DNA from: an uncultured Draconibacterium sp.
Lineage (GTDB): Bacteria; Bacteroidota; Bacteroidia; Bacteroidales; FEN-979
Length of the DNA stretch: 64,000 nt
Assembly: GCA_964355945.1 (NCBI GenBank)
Contig: CAYHGE010000002.1
Coordinates: 67,144 to 131,143 of the forward strand
Direction of reading: 5' to 3'
In this document: positions 21,268 through 31,222 of the stretch, one piece after another
Position numbering within the stretch: position 1 is the stretch's first letter
Layout: every line of letters begins with the position of its first letter
Notes under the pieces: generated by a model
Database searches by the model: none
What the model was told of the DNA's origin: nothing
Seen by the model: the letters and a program-made list of their open reading frames with translations, nothing else
Translations under genes and position numbers: made by a program

Positions 21268-21435
21268 ATGGCTTATAAAATTAATGATGATTGCACTGCT
21301 TGTGGAACCTGCATCGATGAATGTCCGGTAGAAGCTATTGCTGAAGGTGATATCTATAAGATTGATCCTGAAGTATGCACTGATTGCGGAGCTTGTGCTG
21401 ATGTTTGCCCTGTAGAGGCAATCCATCCTGAATAA
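21268..21435 (+). CDS. 2x[4Fe-4S] clostridial-type ferredoxin (55 aa)
   Basis: Hand-translated as MAYKINDDCTACGTCIDECPVEAIAEGDIYKIDPEVCTDCGACADVCPVEAIHPE, with two CxxCxxCxxxCP motifs. It is below the ORF-track cutoff. Confidence 0.9.
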   Translation: MAYKINDDCTACGTCIDECPVEAIAEGDIYKIDPEVCTDCGACADVCPVEAIHPE

Positions 21436-21458
21436 TCAGGAAACAAATTGAATTATAA

Positions 21459-21497
21459 AAGCAGCAGCCCTGGCACCCGGGACTGCTGCTTTTTTTC
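21459..21497 (+). terminator. Intrinsic terminator after the ferredoxin gene
   Basis: Hairpin AGCAGCAGCCC...GGGACTGCTGCT followed by TTTTTTT. Confidence 0.75.
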
Positions 21498-21521
21498 GTA
21501 CATTGCTCTCAAATTATTTGC

Positions 21522-22283
21522 ATGCGCCAGAAAATTTATTTCGCTTCCGATTTTCATTTGGGAATTCCTGATCATGACAGCAGCCTGAAGCGTGAAAAGA
21601 AACTTGTTGCATGGCTGGAGATGGCACGAATGGATGCAGCGGAAATTTTCCTCATGGGGGATCTTTTTGATTTCTGGTTTGAATATAAAACAGCAGTCCC
21701 CCGAGGCTATGCAAGATTATTGGGGAAACTTGCCGAGATTACGGATTCAGCCATTCCTGTTCATCTGTTCAGAGGAAATCATGACATGTGGGCCTTTGAT
21801 TACCTCACTAAAGAGTTGAACATTCAGCTTCACAGGGAACCCGAATTTCGCACATTCAGTGGCAAAAATTTCTATCTCGCACATGGCGATGGCCTTGGCC
21901 CTGGTGACAATGGCTACAAATTTATTAAAAAGGTATTTGCCAACCCTTTCAATCAGTGGTTGTTTCGGCAGATTCACCCCGACATCGGAATCAGACTGGC
22001 GCTTTACTGGTCACGGAAAAGTCGCAGCGCCGGGATCGAAAAGGAGAAACAGCAACAGGATATAACACTGAAACTCATCCAGCAGCGGATCACGGTTCAT
22101 TCGAATGAGATGTTGAAGCAACACCCTGACCTGAATTATCTTATTTACGGACATTACCACTATCCGCTTGATTTAACTCTTTCCCCTAACACGAGGCAGT
22201 TAGTCCTTGGAGATTGGATAACCCATTTTACCTATGCCGTATTCGATGGCAAGGAACTTGAACTTAAAACCTTTGACAGGTAA
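21522..22283 (+). CDS. lpxH: UDP-2,3-diacylglucosamine diphosphatase (LpxH family metallophosphoesterase)
   Basis: 253-aa ORF with the motifs DFHLG, GDLFDFW, GNHD and GHYH. Confidence 0.75.
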   Translation: MRQKIYFASDFHLGIPDHDSSLKREKKLVAWLEMARMDAAEIFLMGDLFDFWFEYKTAVPRGYARLLGKLAEITDSAIPVHLFRGNHDMWAFDYLTKELNIQLHREPEFRTFSGKNFYLAHGDGLGPGDNGYKFIKKVFANPFNQWLFRQIHPDIGIRLALYWSRKSRSAGIEKEKQQQDITLKLIQQRITVHSNEMLKQHPDLNYLIYGHYHYPLDLTLSPNTRQLVLGDWITHFTYAVFDGKELELKTFDR

Positions 22284-22324
22284 AGGGTTTCGCTTAGTGT
22301 TGATCTGAACAGATGAGCAGGTGC

Positions 22325-23059
22325 TTACTTGTTTTTAACAGTTTTTCGCTGGTATTCCATTACGCGCTGATGGTGGAACATTACATGTTTGTTCGCGGGA
22401 AAACTGACGCTCAGGGTTGAGTCCAGGGCCTGATAGTAACGAAAATCCTCATCCATGTTGAGTACCGGACTCATGCCAAACGCATAGTTTAATACCACAA
22501 GTGAAGCAAGTGAACCGGAATGGTTCTTGATAAAGGCAATCTCAAGGGCCCGCTGGTTTTCCCAGATTTGCCTGAAAGAGGTGTCAAGCTTCTGGGTGAG
22601 ATTATAATAGTCTGAACTGTCCTGTCGTTCAGCAAGCAACATGTCAAGGGAGTCAACCATTCGCTCATTTGTCCGTGTCTGGTGAAAAAAATCGACCAGC
22701 AGCATGGCATCTTTTGGAGCCTTTACCCTGATGTTGTCGGGAAAATCGATGAAATTTCCTGAAAGATCAACCTGATCGCCGCTGTTAAGCATCAAGACCA
22801 GGATTTTTCCGGTTTGTGCTTTCAGCAGCCAGAAACCTGTTTCCTTAATTGCCGGGTTGAATGTGTGTTTCCCATTGTTATCAAATGTTGTTGAATCAAC
22901 CTGATGAATTTCACGGGTGTCCATCTCCAGCAGGATTAGTTTAACTCCGGCAGCTCCTGAAAAGTCACACGTGATCACTGCCATATCTTTCGCTGAGTGC
23001 TTGCAGGAAGTGAGTAGGAGTAATATTGCAAGGCTTGCAATTTCTATGTATTTAATCAT
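22325..23059 (-). CDS. Hypothetical lipoprotein
   Basis: The ATG at 23059 gives MIKYIEIASLAILLLLTSC, a signal peptide with a lipobox Cys. The track start at 23128 would overlap the upstream gene. I recognise no catalytic motif. Confidence 0.6.
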   Translation of the reverse strand: MIKYIEIASLAILLLLTSCKHSAKDMAVITCDFSGAAGVKLILLEMDTREIHQVDSTTFDNNGKHTFNPAIKETGFWLLKAQTGKILVLMLNSGDQVDLSGNFIDFPDNIRVKAPKDAMLLVDFFHQTRTNERMVDSLDMLLAERQDSSDYYNLTQKLDTSFRQIWENQRALEIAFIKNHSGSLASLVVLNYAFGMSPVLNMDEDFRYYQALDSTLSVSFPANKHVMFHHQRVMEYQRKTVKNK

Positions 23060-23124
23060 GGTTGAATTATTGTTATTTGTATTTCCTGATACGGTTATGA
23101 CCGGGTTTTTATTAAAACGGTGAA

Positions 23125-23850
23125 TCAAACGATTTGTACTGCATCCTCCGCCATTACAGGTTTGCCTTTAAACCGCAATAACAGGTTCACGATGGTTGCC
23201 ACATCCTTCTGACAGTAGGTAACGATGCGGGGGAGGTCATGCTCCTGCCAGTAAACCCTTGCTACATCGCTCCCTCTAATATCATCCTTTGGAGTTGGGA
23301 TGCCAAAAACGGCTGCCAGCAACTCCAGGGATGTATAGTTTTTGTAATCACCAAACTTCCACAACTCCATGGTGTCAAGATGGTTTACCTCCCAGGGTTT
23401 TTTTCCGGAAAGGTCCAGGATGGCAGGTACCTCCAGCCCGTTTATCAACATCCGGCGGATGAGGTAGGGATAGTCGAACTCCTTGCCATTGTGGGCACAC
23501 AGATAGTTTATGTGCTTCTCCCTGGCTTTGTTGAGCATTTCGTTGAAATTGGTCAGTAATTCAACCTCATCGTCTCCCCAAAAGGATTTGATCCATAACA
23601 CCCCGTTGCGCAGAATACCCGTGGAGATGCAAACGATTTTCCCGAATTCAGCATATATTCCAGCACGTTCATATACTTCTTCCGATTTTTGTGCATCATC
23701 TCCGCTGAATTTTTCAAACCGGGATAACTGGCTGGCTTTCTTTTCCCATAAGGAATGAAAATTTTCAGGCAGTTGGTTGAATGTTGAAAACTGAGGAACC
23801 GTTTCAATGTCAAGGAAAAGGATGTGTTCGATGTTGTAGTTGTCAAGCAT
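23125..23850 (-). CDS. 3'-5' exonuclease related to the exonuclease domain of family-B DNA polymerases
   Basis: 241-aa ORF with the DEDD-type opening LFLDIETVP and a later HNG..FD.P motif. Confidence 0.7.
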   Translation of the reverse strand: MLDNYNIEHILFLDIETVPQFSTFNQLPENFHSLWEKKASQLSRFEKFSGDDAQKSEEVYERAGIYAEFGKIVCISTGILRNGVLWIKSFWGDDEVELLTNFNEMLNKAREKHINYLCAHNGKEFDYPYLIRRMLINGLEVPAILDLSGKKPWEVNHLDTMELWKFGDYKNYTSLELLAAVFGIPTPKDDIRGSDVARVYWQEHDLPRIVTYCQKDVATIVNLLLRFKGKPVMAEDAVQIV

Positions 23851-24040
23851 AATGTGGTTTATTTACAGACCAGTAACAGCAAAAATGCAAATTTATCTGT
23901 TGCTTTATCCTGAATAATACAAAAAGTGATCCTTTTGTTGAAAACTTTTACAGTGACCTGTGGTGTTTATTCTATTGCTTAATCAGTAAACTGTATTTGA
24001 CTTTTTGTGACAGATGGTTGCTTTTTCTATGTAGTTGTGC

Positions 24041-24048
24041 TATATTTG
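24041..24048 (+). promoter_or_regulatory. Candidate -7 promoter box (TATATTTG)
   Basis: Matches TAnnTTTG, 19 nt upstream of the ATG at 24067. Confidence 0.4.
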
Positions 24049-24066
24049 TGTATCAATACTTCTGTC

Positions 24067-24615
24067 ATGAAAACATTATGTAAAATAAGCGAACTATTTC
24101 TTGTAGTATCAGTATTCACGATGGTTGCATGCGAGACTATTCCGGATAAAAACGATGAATGCGATGCCACAAAGATGATTGAGCCGCAAAGCCCTGTCAT
24201 CTATCTGAAGCTATTCCTTGACTATGATACCCTTCCCGGCCAAAGCCATTACCTGTACAAGGCCACAAAGGCAATATTTAGTGGTACCATCACCAAAGTT
24301 TATTGCAGTGGCAAGATAAGTTCGACATTTTCTTTTAGTCCGTCCTATTTTCTTTCAGAGATGGATCCCCAGTATATTTTTAATGGGTTTTACCTGGATC
24401 AGTCATACCAGTTCAACTTTGACAATGATCTCGATTACCTGCTGATCCAGGCCCGGATCAAAGCGTATTTTAGCGACGGAAAAATCTATGAGTCTGATGA
24501 ACTGATCAGAAGGTTTTATTACAAGAACCTGCAGTACGATGTAAACCAAATGAAGAAGTATCTTAAACTTCTCATGCCTGAGCCGGTGCACTGGACTGAA
24601 GTTACTTCAAAGTAA
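24067..24615 (+). CDS. Hypothetical lipoprotein
   Basis: The ATG at 24067 gives MKTLCKISELFLVVSVFTMVAC, a signal peptide with a lipobox. The track's GTG start at 24007 is less likely. I recognise no family. Confidence 0.6.
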   Translation: MKTLCKISELFLVVSVFTMVACETIPDKNDECDATKMIEPQSPVIYLKLFLDYDTLPGQSHYLYKATKAIFSGTITKVYCSGKISSTFSFSPSYFLSEMDPQYIFNGFYLDQSYQFNFDNDLDYLLIQARIKAYFSDGKIYESDELIRRFYYKNLQYDVNQMKKYLKLLMPEPVHWTEVTSK

Positions 24616-24621
24616 CAGGTT

Positions 24622-25365
24622 TTACCTTTCCCTGTGCAGGAATGGTTTAGGACTAGCGTGAATTTTTTTTTCTGCCCGCAGAATATGCCTTTTCCCCGGG
24701 GGACCAGGCAGTTTTTCTGTGCAAAAACCGGCAGATTTCAAGGCCCTGACGATGGTTCCTTTCACAGAATAGGTAACCAGGACACCTTCCTGCTGCAACG
24801 CATTGTGTAATCTGGCAAAGATATCCACATTCCATAGTTCCGGTTGCACATCAGGGCTGAACGCATCAAAATAGACCAGGTTAAATTCACCCGCAACAGG
24901 AATGTAGTCCTCCATTTTTCCAAATATCTTGTTCAGCGTGAACCAGGGGGAGATTGCCATTGATTCATTCCAGGCGGAGAGATGAAGGTTTTCGAAAAGT
25001 TCCGTATGGGATGCAGGCTCAATCTGACGTGGATAATTCAATGCCCGCCAGAAATCTTCTGATACCGGAAATGGTTCGATAGAAGTATAATTTACCTTGA
25101 TTCTGTGTTTATCCGCAGCAATAGCGGTCAGAAAGGCATTCAGACCGGTGCCGAAGCCGATCTCCAGGATGTCAATTGAGTTGATCTCTGCACCCGGATC
25201 GGAGTTTAATTTCTCTACAGCATACAGAAAACCTGTTTCAATAAAAACATGCAGGGATTCCTTTAGTGCGCCAAAAGTTGAATGATAATGCTGGTTCAGG
25301 CTTTTGTGAAATAAGGTATCTGAACCATCAGCTGTTTTAATAATCAGCAAATCAGCACTTACCAA
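24622..25365 (-). CDS. mnmD: tRNA 5-methylaminomethyl-2-thiouridine methyltransferase (stand-alone MnmC methyltransferase domain)
   Basis: 247-aa ORF with the SAM motif ILEIGFGTGLN and the family motif YFDAFSP..QPELW. Confidence 0.7.
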   Translation of the reverse strand: MVSADLLIIKTADGSDTLFHKSLNQHYHSTFGALKESLHVFIETGFLYAVEKLNSDPGAEINSIDILEIGFGTGLNAFLTAIAADKHRIKVNYTSIEPFPVSEDFWRALNYPRQIEPASHTELFENLHLSAWNESMAISPWFTLNKIFGKMEDYIPVAGEFNLVYFDAFSPDVQPELWNVDIFARLHNALQQEGVLVTYSVKGTIVRALKSAGFCTEKLPGPPGKRHILRAEKKIHASPKPFLHRER

Positions 25366-27761
25366 ATCCTTGGATACTTATTCGGATTATATTCATGCAT
25401 CATCTCATAGATCGTTTCAAATACATCCTCGGCATTTGGATTTGAGAAATAGTCACCATCGTTGGTATAGGCCGGGCGGTGGTCATTTGATGTAAGGGTG
25501 CGTGGTTCAGCATCGAGATAGCGATAACCACCCTGATCTTCCATTACTTTCTGCATCATGAATGCTGTTGCGCCACCGCTTCCATCCTCATCAAAGAAGA
25601 GGATTTTGTTGGTTTTTTTCAGAGACTTGAGGATGTCGTGGTTGATGTCGAACGGGAGCAGGGTCTGCACATCGATGAGCTCGACAGAAATGCCGAAGTC
25701 TTTAATCTGGGGCAATGCTTCCTCGGCAATTTTAACACAGGAGCCGTAAGTTACGATTGTAATGTCTGATCCTTCCTGCAATACTTCAGGAACACCCAGG
25801 GGTATCCGGTAGTTGCCGATGTTGGCCGGCATCTGTTCTTTCAGGCGGTAGCCGTTTAACGGTTCAATAACAAGTCCTGCATCGTCGGAAGCCATCATGG
25901 TATTGTAGAATCCTGCAGCCTGCGTCATATTCCGCGGCACCATTACGAATATCCCGCGAATGGAGTTGATAACCATGCTGAGTGGTGAACCAGAATGCCA
26001 GATTCCGACCAGGCGGTGGCCACGCGTACTGATAATGAGCGGAGCTTTCTGACCTCCTACCGTGCGGTATAGTGTGGTGGCAAGGTCATCGCTCATCACC
26101 TGCAAACCATAGAGCAGGTAATCAAAATACTGAATTTCAGCAATCGGGCGCAATCCCCGTAGGGCCATGCCCAGTCCCTGTCCGATGATGGTAGCTTCGC
26201 GGATACCGGTGTCGGAAATCCGGGTTTCGCCATACTTGGCCTGCATCCCTTCCAGTGTTTGGTTTACACCGCCTATTTTTCCGACGTCTTCACCGAAAAT
26301 CAGGGCCAGAGGGTTGGTTTTGAAGAGGATGTCGTAGTTGGCATTCAGTACTTCGCGTCCGGTCACCACCGGGGAGTTTTCGTTAAATACCGGCGGAATA
26401 CCTGCAACCTTGAGTGCGCTGTGTTCAGACTCGCTGTAAAGGTGCGAACTGTAGCGGGCTACATTGAGTTTCCGCTGTTCTGCCATCCAAACATCAAGAT
26501 CGGCTTTCATTGGTTTTTTCATGCTGCAGGAGGTACAAACATCACGCATGATCTTCTTTGCCGAAGAGATGATGTCTTTCCTGATCGGATCTGCAATGGC
26601 TTCAAGATCGGCTACGATCTTATCGATACGGGCTTGCTTTTTGCAGGGACAGTGAGTGGTTTTTACGACATCGATGAGGTGCTTGCGTTCCGCTTTAAAG
26701 GGTGACAGAAATGCTTTGTATCCACGGTCGCGGGCGGCTTTTGCTATTTTAACAGCATCTGATTCAATCATATCAAGTTCTTCAACCGTGGCAATTTTTT
26801 CATCGAGGATCCAGGTGCGCATTCTTGGGAGACAATCATGATCTCTCTCCCAGGCCAGACGTTCAGCTGACTTATAACGTTCGTGCGATCCGGATGTTGA
26901 ATGACCCTGGGGCTGTGTCAGCTCCCTGACATGGAAAACAACCGGCACCATCTCTTTCCGGCATACAGCAATTCCTTCCTCGTACATTTCGTATAATGCG
27001 GCATAGTCCCATCCCATGCATGAGTAGAGGCGAATCCCCGGTCCCTTTTCATCGGCTACAAAACCTTTGAGTAACTCGGAGATATCCTCCTTGGTGGTCT
27101 GGTATTTCTTTGGAACGGAAATGCCATAGCCATCATCCCAGATTGAGAGTGCGATCGGAACCTGCAGGACGCCGGCAGCATTGATAGTCTCAAAGAAATG
27201 TCCTTCCGAAGTGGAAGCGTCGCCAATCATTCCAAACGCTATTTCATTTCCTTTAACGGTGAATTTTTTTGCGGCCTCCCACATGTCAGGGCTGTTGCGA
27301 AATACCTTGGAAGCAAGCGCAAGGCCGAGTAAACGTGGCATCTGCCCGGCAGTAGGAGATATGTCTCCGGAAGAGTTCTTTTGTTTGGTGAGGTCTTTCC
27401 ATTCGCCATTTGCATCCAGGCTGCGGGTTGCAAAATGAGAATTCATCAGCCTGCCACCGTTATCGGGGTTGCGTTCTAAGTCAGTATCGCCGTAAAGTTG
27501 AGCAAAAAAGATATCCAGGTTGGATAACCCGGCAGCCATCATGAAGGTCTGGTCGCGGTAATATCCTGAGCGCCAGTCACCGTTCTGGAAGAATTTTGCC
27601 TTGATAATCTGGGGGATTTCCTTGCCATCACCAAAAAGTCCGAAATTGGCTCTGCCACCTAATACTTCCCGCCTTCCCAATAAACTTACCTGGCGGCTTT
27701 CGTTTGCCAGTTTATAATCTTTTAAAACCTCTTCTTTGCTGAATTTACGTTTCTTTGACAT
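25359..27761 (-). CDS. Fused E1 alpha/beta component of a TPP-dependent 2-oxoacid dehydrogenase
   Basis: 800-aa ORF. The N-terminal half is E1-alpha-like (GDASTSEG) and the C-terminal half is a transketolase-like E1-beta. No E2 or E3 gene lies nearby. Confidence 0.8.
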   Translation of the reverse strand: MSKKRKFSKEEVLKDYKLANESRQVSLLGRREVLGGRANFGLFGDGKEIPQIIKAKFFQNGDWRSGYYRDQTFMMAAGLSNLDIFFAQLYGDTDLERNPDNGGRLMNSHFATRSLDANGEWKDLTKQKNSSGDISPTAGQMPRLLGLALASKVFRNSPDMWEAAKKFTVKGNEIAFGMIGDASTSEGHFFETINAAGVLQVPIALSIWDDGYGISVPKKYQTTKEDISELLKGFVADEKGPGIRLYSCMGWDYAALYEMYEEGIAVCRKEMVPVVFHVRELTQPQGHSTSGSHERYKSAERLAWERDHDCLPRMRTWILDEKIATVEELDMIESDAVKIAKAARDRGYKAFLSPFKAERKHLIDVVKTTHCPCKKQARIDKIVADLEAIADPIRKDIISSAKKIMRDVCTSCSMKKPMKADLDVWMAEQRKLNVARYSSHLYSESEHSALKVAGIPPVFNENSPVVTGREVLNANYDILFKTNPLALIFGEDVGKIGGVNQTLEGMQAKYGETRISDTGIREATIIGQGLGMALRGLRPIAEIQYFDYLLYGLQVMSDDLATTLYRTVGGQKAPLIISTRGHRLVGIWHSGSPLSMVINSIRGIFVMVPRNMTQAAGFYNTMMASDDAGLVIEPLNGYRLKEQMPANIGNYRIPLGVPEVLQEGSDITIVTYGSCVKIAEEALPQIKDFGISVELIDVQTLLPFDINHDILKSLKKTNKILFFDEDGSGGATAFMMQKVMEDQGGYRYLDAEPRTLTSNDHRPAYTNDGDYFSNPNAEDVFETIYEMMHEYNPNKYPRIW

Positions 27762-27796
27762 TGTTTGTTTGTTAGTTGCTTATTTTTTGTTAGCGG

Positions 27797-27852
27797 GTGA
27801 ACAGGTGAACAGGTAAACAGGTGAACAGGTAAACAGGTAAACACGTGAGCAT
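27797..27852 (+). repeat. Octamer tandem array: GTGAACAG x2, GTAAACAG, GTGAACAG, GTAAACAG, GTAAACAC, GTGAGCAT
   Basis: Exact 8-bp period read from the sequence. It lies between the rubrerythrin stop and the start of the E1 fusion gene. Confidence 0.9.
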
Positions 27853-27887
27853 ATAAACTGATCCGCATGTCCGCTTGTACGCTTGTT

Positions 27888-28466
27888 TTAATAATTATCC
27901 TGCACTACTTCAAAATAACCCAGCGGATGACTGCAGGCAGGGCAGTTCTGGAGCGCTTTTACACCATAATGGATGTATCCGCATTTACGGCATACCCAGT
28001 ATGTTTTTTCATCCTTTTCGAAGACCCTGTTTTTTTCCAGATTATTTAACAGTTTACGAAAGCGTTTTTCATGGTGCTCTTCAATGGTTGTTATCAGTTT
28101 GAAGGCCATTGCCACTTTAGGGAATCCCTCTTCAGTAGCGGTTTTACCGAATTCGGGGTAGAGTTCTGTCCACTCTTCATGTTCTCCGTCAGCAGAAGCT
28201 TTCAGATTTTCTGCAGTGGTTCCGATGATACCGGCGGGATAGGTAGCGGTAATTTCAACAGGGCCGCCCTCCAGGAAGCGGAAAAAAATCTTTGCATGAC
28301 TTTCTTCGTTAAGCGCTGTTTCTGTGAAGAATGCGGCAATTTGTTCAAAACCCTCTTTTTTTGCCTGTTTGGCATAAAAAGTATAGCGATTTTTAGCCTG
28401 GGATTCACCTGCAAATGATTTCAACAGGTTTTTTTCGGTTCTGGAACCTTTGATGCTCTTTTCCAT
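27888..28466 (-). CDS. rbr: Rubrerythrin
   Basis: 192-aa ORF with a ferritin-like diiron domain and a C-terminal rubredoxin-like CRKCG...CPAC. Confidence 0.93.
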   Translation of the reverse strand: MEKSIKGSRTEKNLLKSFAGESQAKNRYTFYAKQAKKEGFEQIAAFFTETALNEESHAKIFFRFLEGGPVEITATYPAGIIGTTAENLKASADGEHEEWTELYPEFGKTATEEGFPKVAMAFKLITTIEEHHEKRFRKLLNNLEKNRVFEKDEKTYWVCRKCGYIHYGVKALQNCPACSHPLGYFEVVQDNY

Positions 28467-28536
28467 AGTAGTTTATATTAATTTGGAGCATCAAAGTTAA
28501 TCGAAATTTTCTGAAATCACACGCCTCCCGTCTATC

Positions 28537-28707
28537 CTACCGCATCTTCACATAATCTCCTTTTCCAACACCGCAAATCGGGCAAACCCAATCGTCCGGT
28601 ATGTCTTCAAAAGAGGTTCCGGCTGGAATGCCTGAGTCAGGATCACCAAACAGTGGATCATAAACATGGCCACATACGGTGCATTTGTATTTTGGGGCAG
28701 TTGACAT
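28537..28707 (-). CDS. Rubredoxin (56 aa)
   Basis: Hand-translated as [56 protein letters not shown]. The ORF-track entry at 28548-28736 is a different, non-coding frame. Confidence 0.9.
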   Translation of the reverse strand: MSTAPKYKCTVCGHVYDPLFGDPDSGIPAGTSFEDIPDDWVCPICGVGKGDYVKMR

Positions 28708-28743
28708 GGTTTTTTTGTAAGGGGGTGACAGGGCAACTCTAAA

Positions 28744-29286
28744 TTATTTTTCGATCCAGGATGTTATTTTTTCATCAAATGGTTTATCACCGGGGGCTGC
28801 AAAATCAACAACCTGGCCCTGCTCATTGATCATGAATTTCTGGAAATTCCATTTTACCGGTGCATCAAGGACTCCGTTTTGTTCCTTTGATGTTAACCAG
28901 GCATAAAGCGGGTCAATGTCCTTTCCTTTCACAGAAATTTTAGCCATCATCGGAAAGGTAACATTGTATTTACTGGTGCAGAACTCCTTGATCTCAGCAT
29001 TGGTGCCTGGTTCCTGACCCATGAAGTTGTTGGCAGGGAAACCGATGATGACAAACCCTTTTTCGGCATATTTTGTATACAGCTCTTCCAGTTGAGCATA
29101 TTGGGGTGTATATCCGCATTTTGAGGCGACATTGACTACAAGCACCTTCTTTCCCTTCAGGGATGAAAGATCATAAGGCTGTCCATCAATGGACGAAACC
29201 TTGAAATCATACAGTGTTTTATTATTCTGGGAGTTGGTTATGGTTGTCATCATGAAAAAAGTTAATATAAAAAGCATGGTTCTCAT
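28744..29286 (-). CDS. Glutathione peroxidase family protein (Cys type), secreted
   Basis: The ATG at 29286 gives a signal peptide MRTMLFILTFFMM. The active-site context is VNVASKCGYTPQY. The track start at 29424 is an unsupported extension. Confidence 0.85.
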   Translation of the reverse strand: MRTMLFILTFFMMTTITNSQNNKTLYDFKVSSIDGQPYDLSSLKGKKVLVVNVASKCGYTPQYAQLEELYTKYAEKGFVIIGFPANNFMGQEPGTNAEIKEFCTSKYNVTFPMMAKISVKGKDIDPLYAWLTSKEQNGVLDAPVKWNFQKFMINEQGQVVDFAAPGDKPFDEKITSWIEK

Positions 29287-29371
29287 AGCGTGGTTTTTAG
29301 GATTGTAAAAAATAATTTGACGGATTGCAAAGATACAAAAAACATTAATTATTTGGATGAATTCTAAATAA

Positions 29372-30946
29372 TTAATGACGGATGAGAAATTTTGTGGTAT
29401 AGGTTTTATCGCGGAACACGGCAAACACAGTATAAATACCTTCTGATTGAACGGGTGTTTTTACTACCTGGTTGAGCATTTGTGCATTGAATGACTGGAA
29501 GACCTTTTCTCCCAGCATGTTGTAAATTTCAAGTCTGCTAAAGTCTGTTTTGTTCGGGTGGTTAAATTTCAGGGAAAACGATTCATCAACCGGATTTGGA
29601 AAGACGACTAAATCTGCGGGACGATTGTTTTGCTCCCCGATCCCTCCTGTTACATCAATGCAGCCATAAAAAGCTGACAACATTGCACCGGAAATGACAG
29701 GATGAAGGGGATTTACCACTGCCGTAGATGCATTGGAGGCAGCAGTGATCGGGATCCACCCGGGACTACAGGTGTCGGAATAATGTGAACTTGTCTGAAC
29801 ACATTCATTGCTGTATCCAACAGAATCGGTTTTGATAAGTCCGATCTGGTACCCCCACATGCCGGATTTTTTAACACCCCAGATAGGTCCATTTCCAAAT
29901 TCGAGGAATCCATGATCAGCGGACATGATGAGATCAAGGACATCCAGCCTCAGCTCTCTCGCCCATTGCACATCCCCGCTTGAATCAATTTTAATTGCAT
30001 TTCCGAAATAGCCTGTGGTAACAAAAGCGAACCCACCGTCGTGCGTGTGTTGCAAGGTTGGTGCAGGCTGATAATCAGTATTAAATGGAAATGAACCGGA
30101 ATAGTAAAACCTGCTCCAGGCAATATTTCCAGAAAAGTCAGTTTTGGTCAGGATTGCACCCATTTCATCCACGTGGCTATAACACAGATAGCCAGTATTA
30201 ATGATAGCCACATCAAATCCTTCAGAAAAAGTAAAGGGTGGATATTCCATTTTCTTTGCCCAGGATATTCCACAATCAGCAGTTAACCTGATCAGAATCG
30301 CTGATCCGGAAGAGTTGTTGTTTTGTGTTGTTCCAATCATGATAAATCCGCCATCGGGTGTCTGTTTTACAGCATTGGTCCTGGTCGCAAAGGTTCCGTG
30401 AGTTATCTGTTTAGCCCAAGTCAGATTGCCGGAGGAGTCAAGTTTTACCAGCGTTACTTTAAAGTATGGAGGTGTTGCACCCTGGGTGCTGGTCCCAGCA
30501 ACCAGGATTCCCCTGTCATCGGTCTGAATCACTGAATTGGCATACTCCTGGGAACCCAGGTCTATGGATTTGCACCATAAGGTATCTCCGTTGGAATTGG
30601 TTTTCATGCAGAACATGTTGTCATCGTTCATGTTGCCTACGGAAATAAAACAGGCGTCATACGTGGGGATAATCCGCGAGATAGAGGTGTTCCATGATCC
30701 GGGGAAACTGAATTTTTTTTCCCAGAGAATGGCACCTGCCTGATCAATTTTAAACAAAAGTGCTTCGGACAGACCATTTCTTGACCCGGCAACAATATAA
30801 TTCATATCAGAGGATTGAACTACTGCACCTACTCCTGCGGGATCTGTTTTGCTGCCAAATACCCTGGTAAACGTTGTTTGCTGCGCTTTAACGGCAAATG
30901 AAAGTGCGATTGATAGCAGAACCACTATGAACGATATTGATTTCAT
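29372..30946 (-). CDS. Secreted beta-propeller-like repeat protein with a T9SS type-A C-terminal sorting domain
   Basis: The signal peptide MKSISFIVVLLSIALSFAVKAQ starts at 30946. The C-terminus (VFPNPVDESFSLKF...LEIYNMLGEKV...GIYTV) resembles a Por secretion tail. Confidence 0.75.
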   Translation of the reverse strand: MKSISFIVVLLSIALSFAVKAQQTTFTRVFGSKTDPAGVGAVVQSSDMNYIVAGSRNGLSEALLFKIDQAGAILWEKKFSFPGSWNTSISRIIPTYDACFISVGNMNDDNMFCMKTNSNGDTLWCKSIDLGSQEYANSVIQTDDRGILVAGTSTQGATPPYFKVTLVKLDSSGNLTWAKQITHGTFATRTNAVKQTPDGGFIMIGTTQNNNSSGSAILIRLTADCGISWAKKMEYPPFTFSEGFDVAIINTGYLCYSHVDEMGAILTKTDFSGNIAWSRFYYSGSFPFNTDYQPAPTLQHTHDGGFAFVTTGYFGNAIKIDSSGDVQWARELRLDVLDLIMSADHGFLEFGNGPIWGVKKSGMWGYQIGLIKTDSVGYSNECVQTSSHYSDTCSPGWIPITAASNASTAVVNPLHPVISGAMLSAFYGCIDVTGGIGEQNNRPADLVVFPNPVDESFSLKFNHPNKTDFSRLEIYNMLGEKVFQSFNAQMLNQVVKTPVQSEGIYTVFAVFRDKTYTTKFLIRH

Positions 30947-31222
30947 GAAGAACTTTTTAAGGTTAAAGGAAGGTGTTGTCAACATGCCATGTTGTTTAAA
31001 AGAATCAAATTACTGAGGAGCAGGTTGCAGATAGAACTTGAATAGGAGTATCAATATTACTAAATAAATACCTTAAAGTCAAGTACTATTTACGGTCAGA
31101 TAGAAAGCGGTCTCCTCAGAAAAACGGGCATGGAAAAGAATGTCTTCTAAAACAAATAATAGGTTGACGAAATAAAAGCCTATCTTTATAGTCTCTGATT
31201 TTCTTCAGTCAAAAATCAATTT

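Noticed and set aside
20885-21331. 148-aa plus-strand ORF spanning the korA 5' end, the heptamer array and the ferredoxin start
   Set aside because: It is antisense to korA, crosses the intergenic repeat and overlaps the genuine ferredoxin gene in another frame.
28548-28736. 62-aa ORF-track entry on the minus strand
   Set aside because: It is in the wrong frame. A different frame of the same strand (28707->28537) encodes a textbook rubredoxin with two CxxC pairs.
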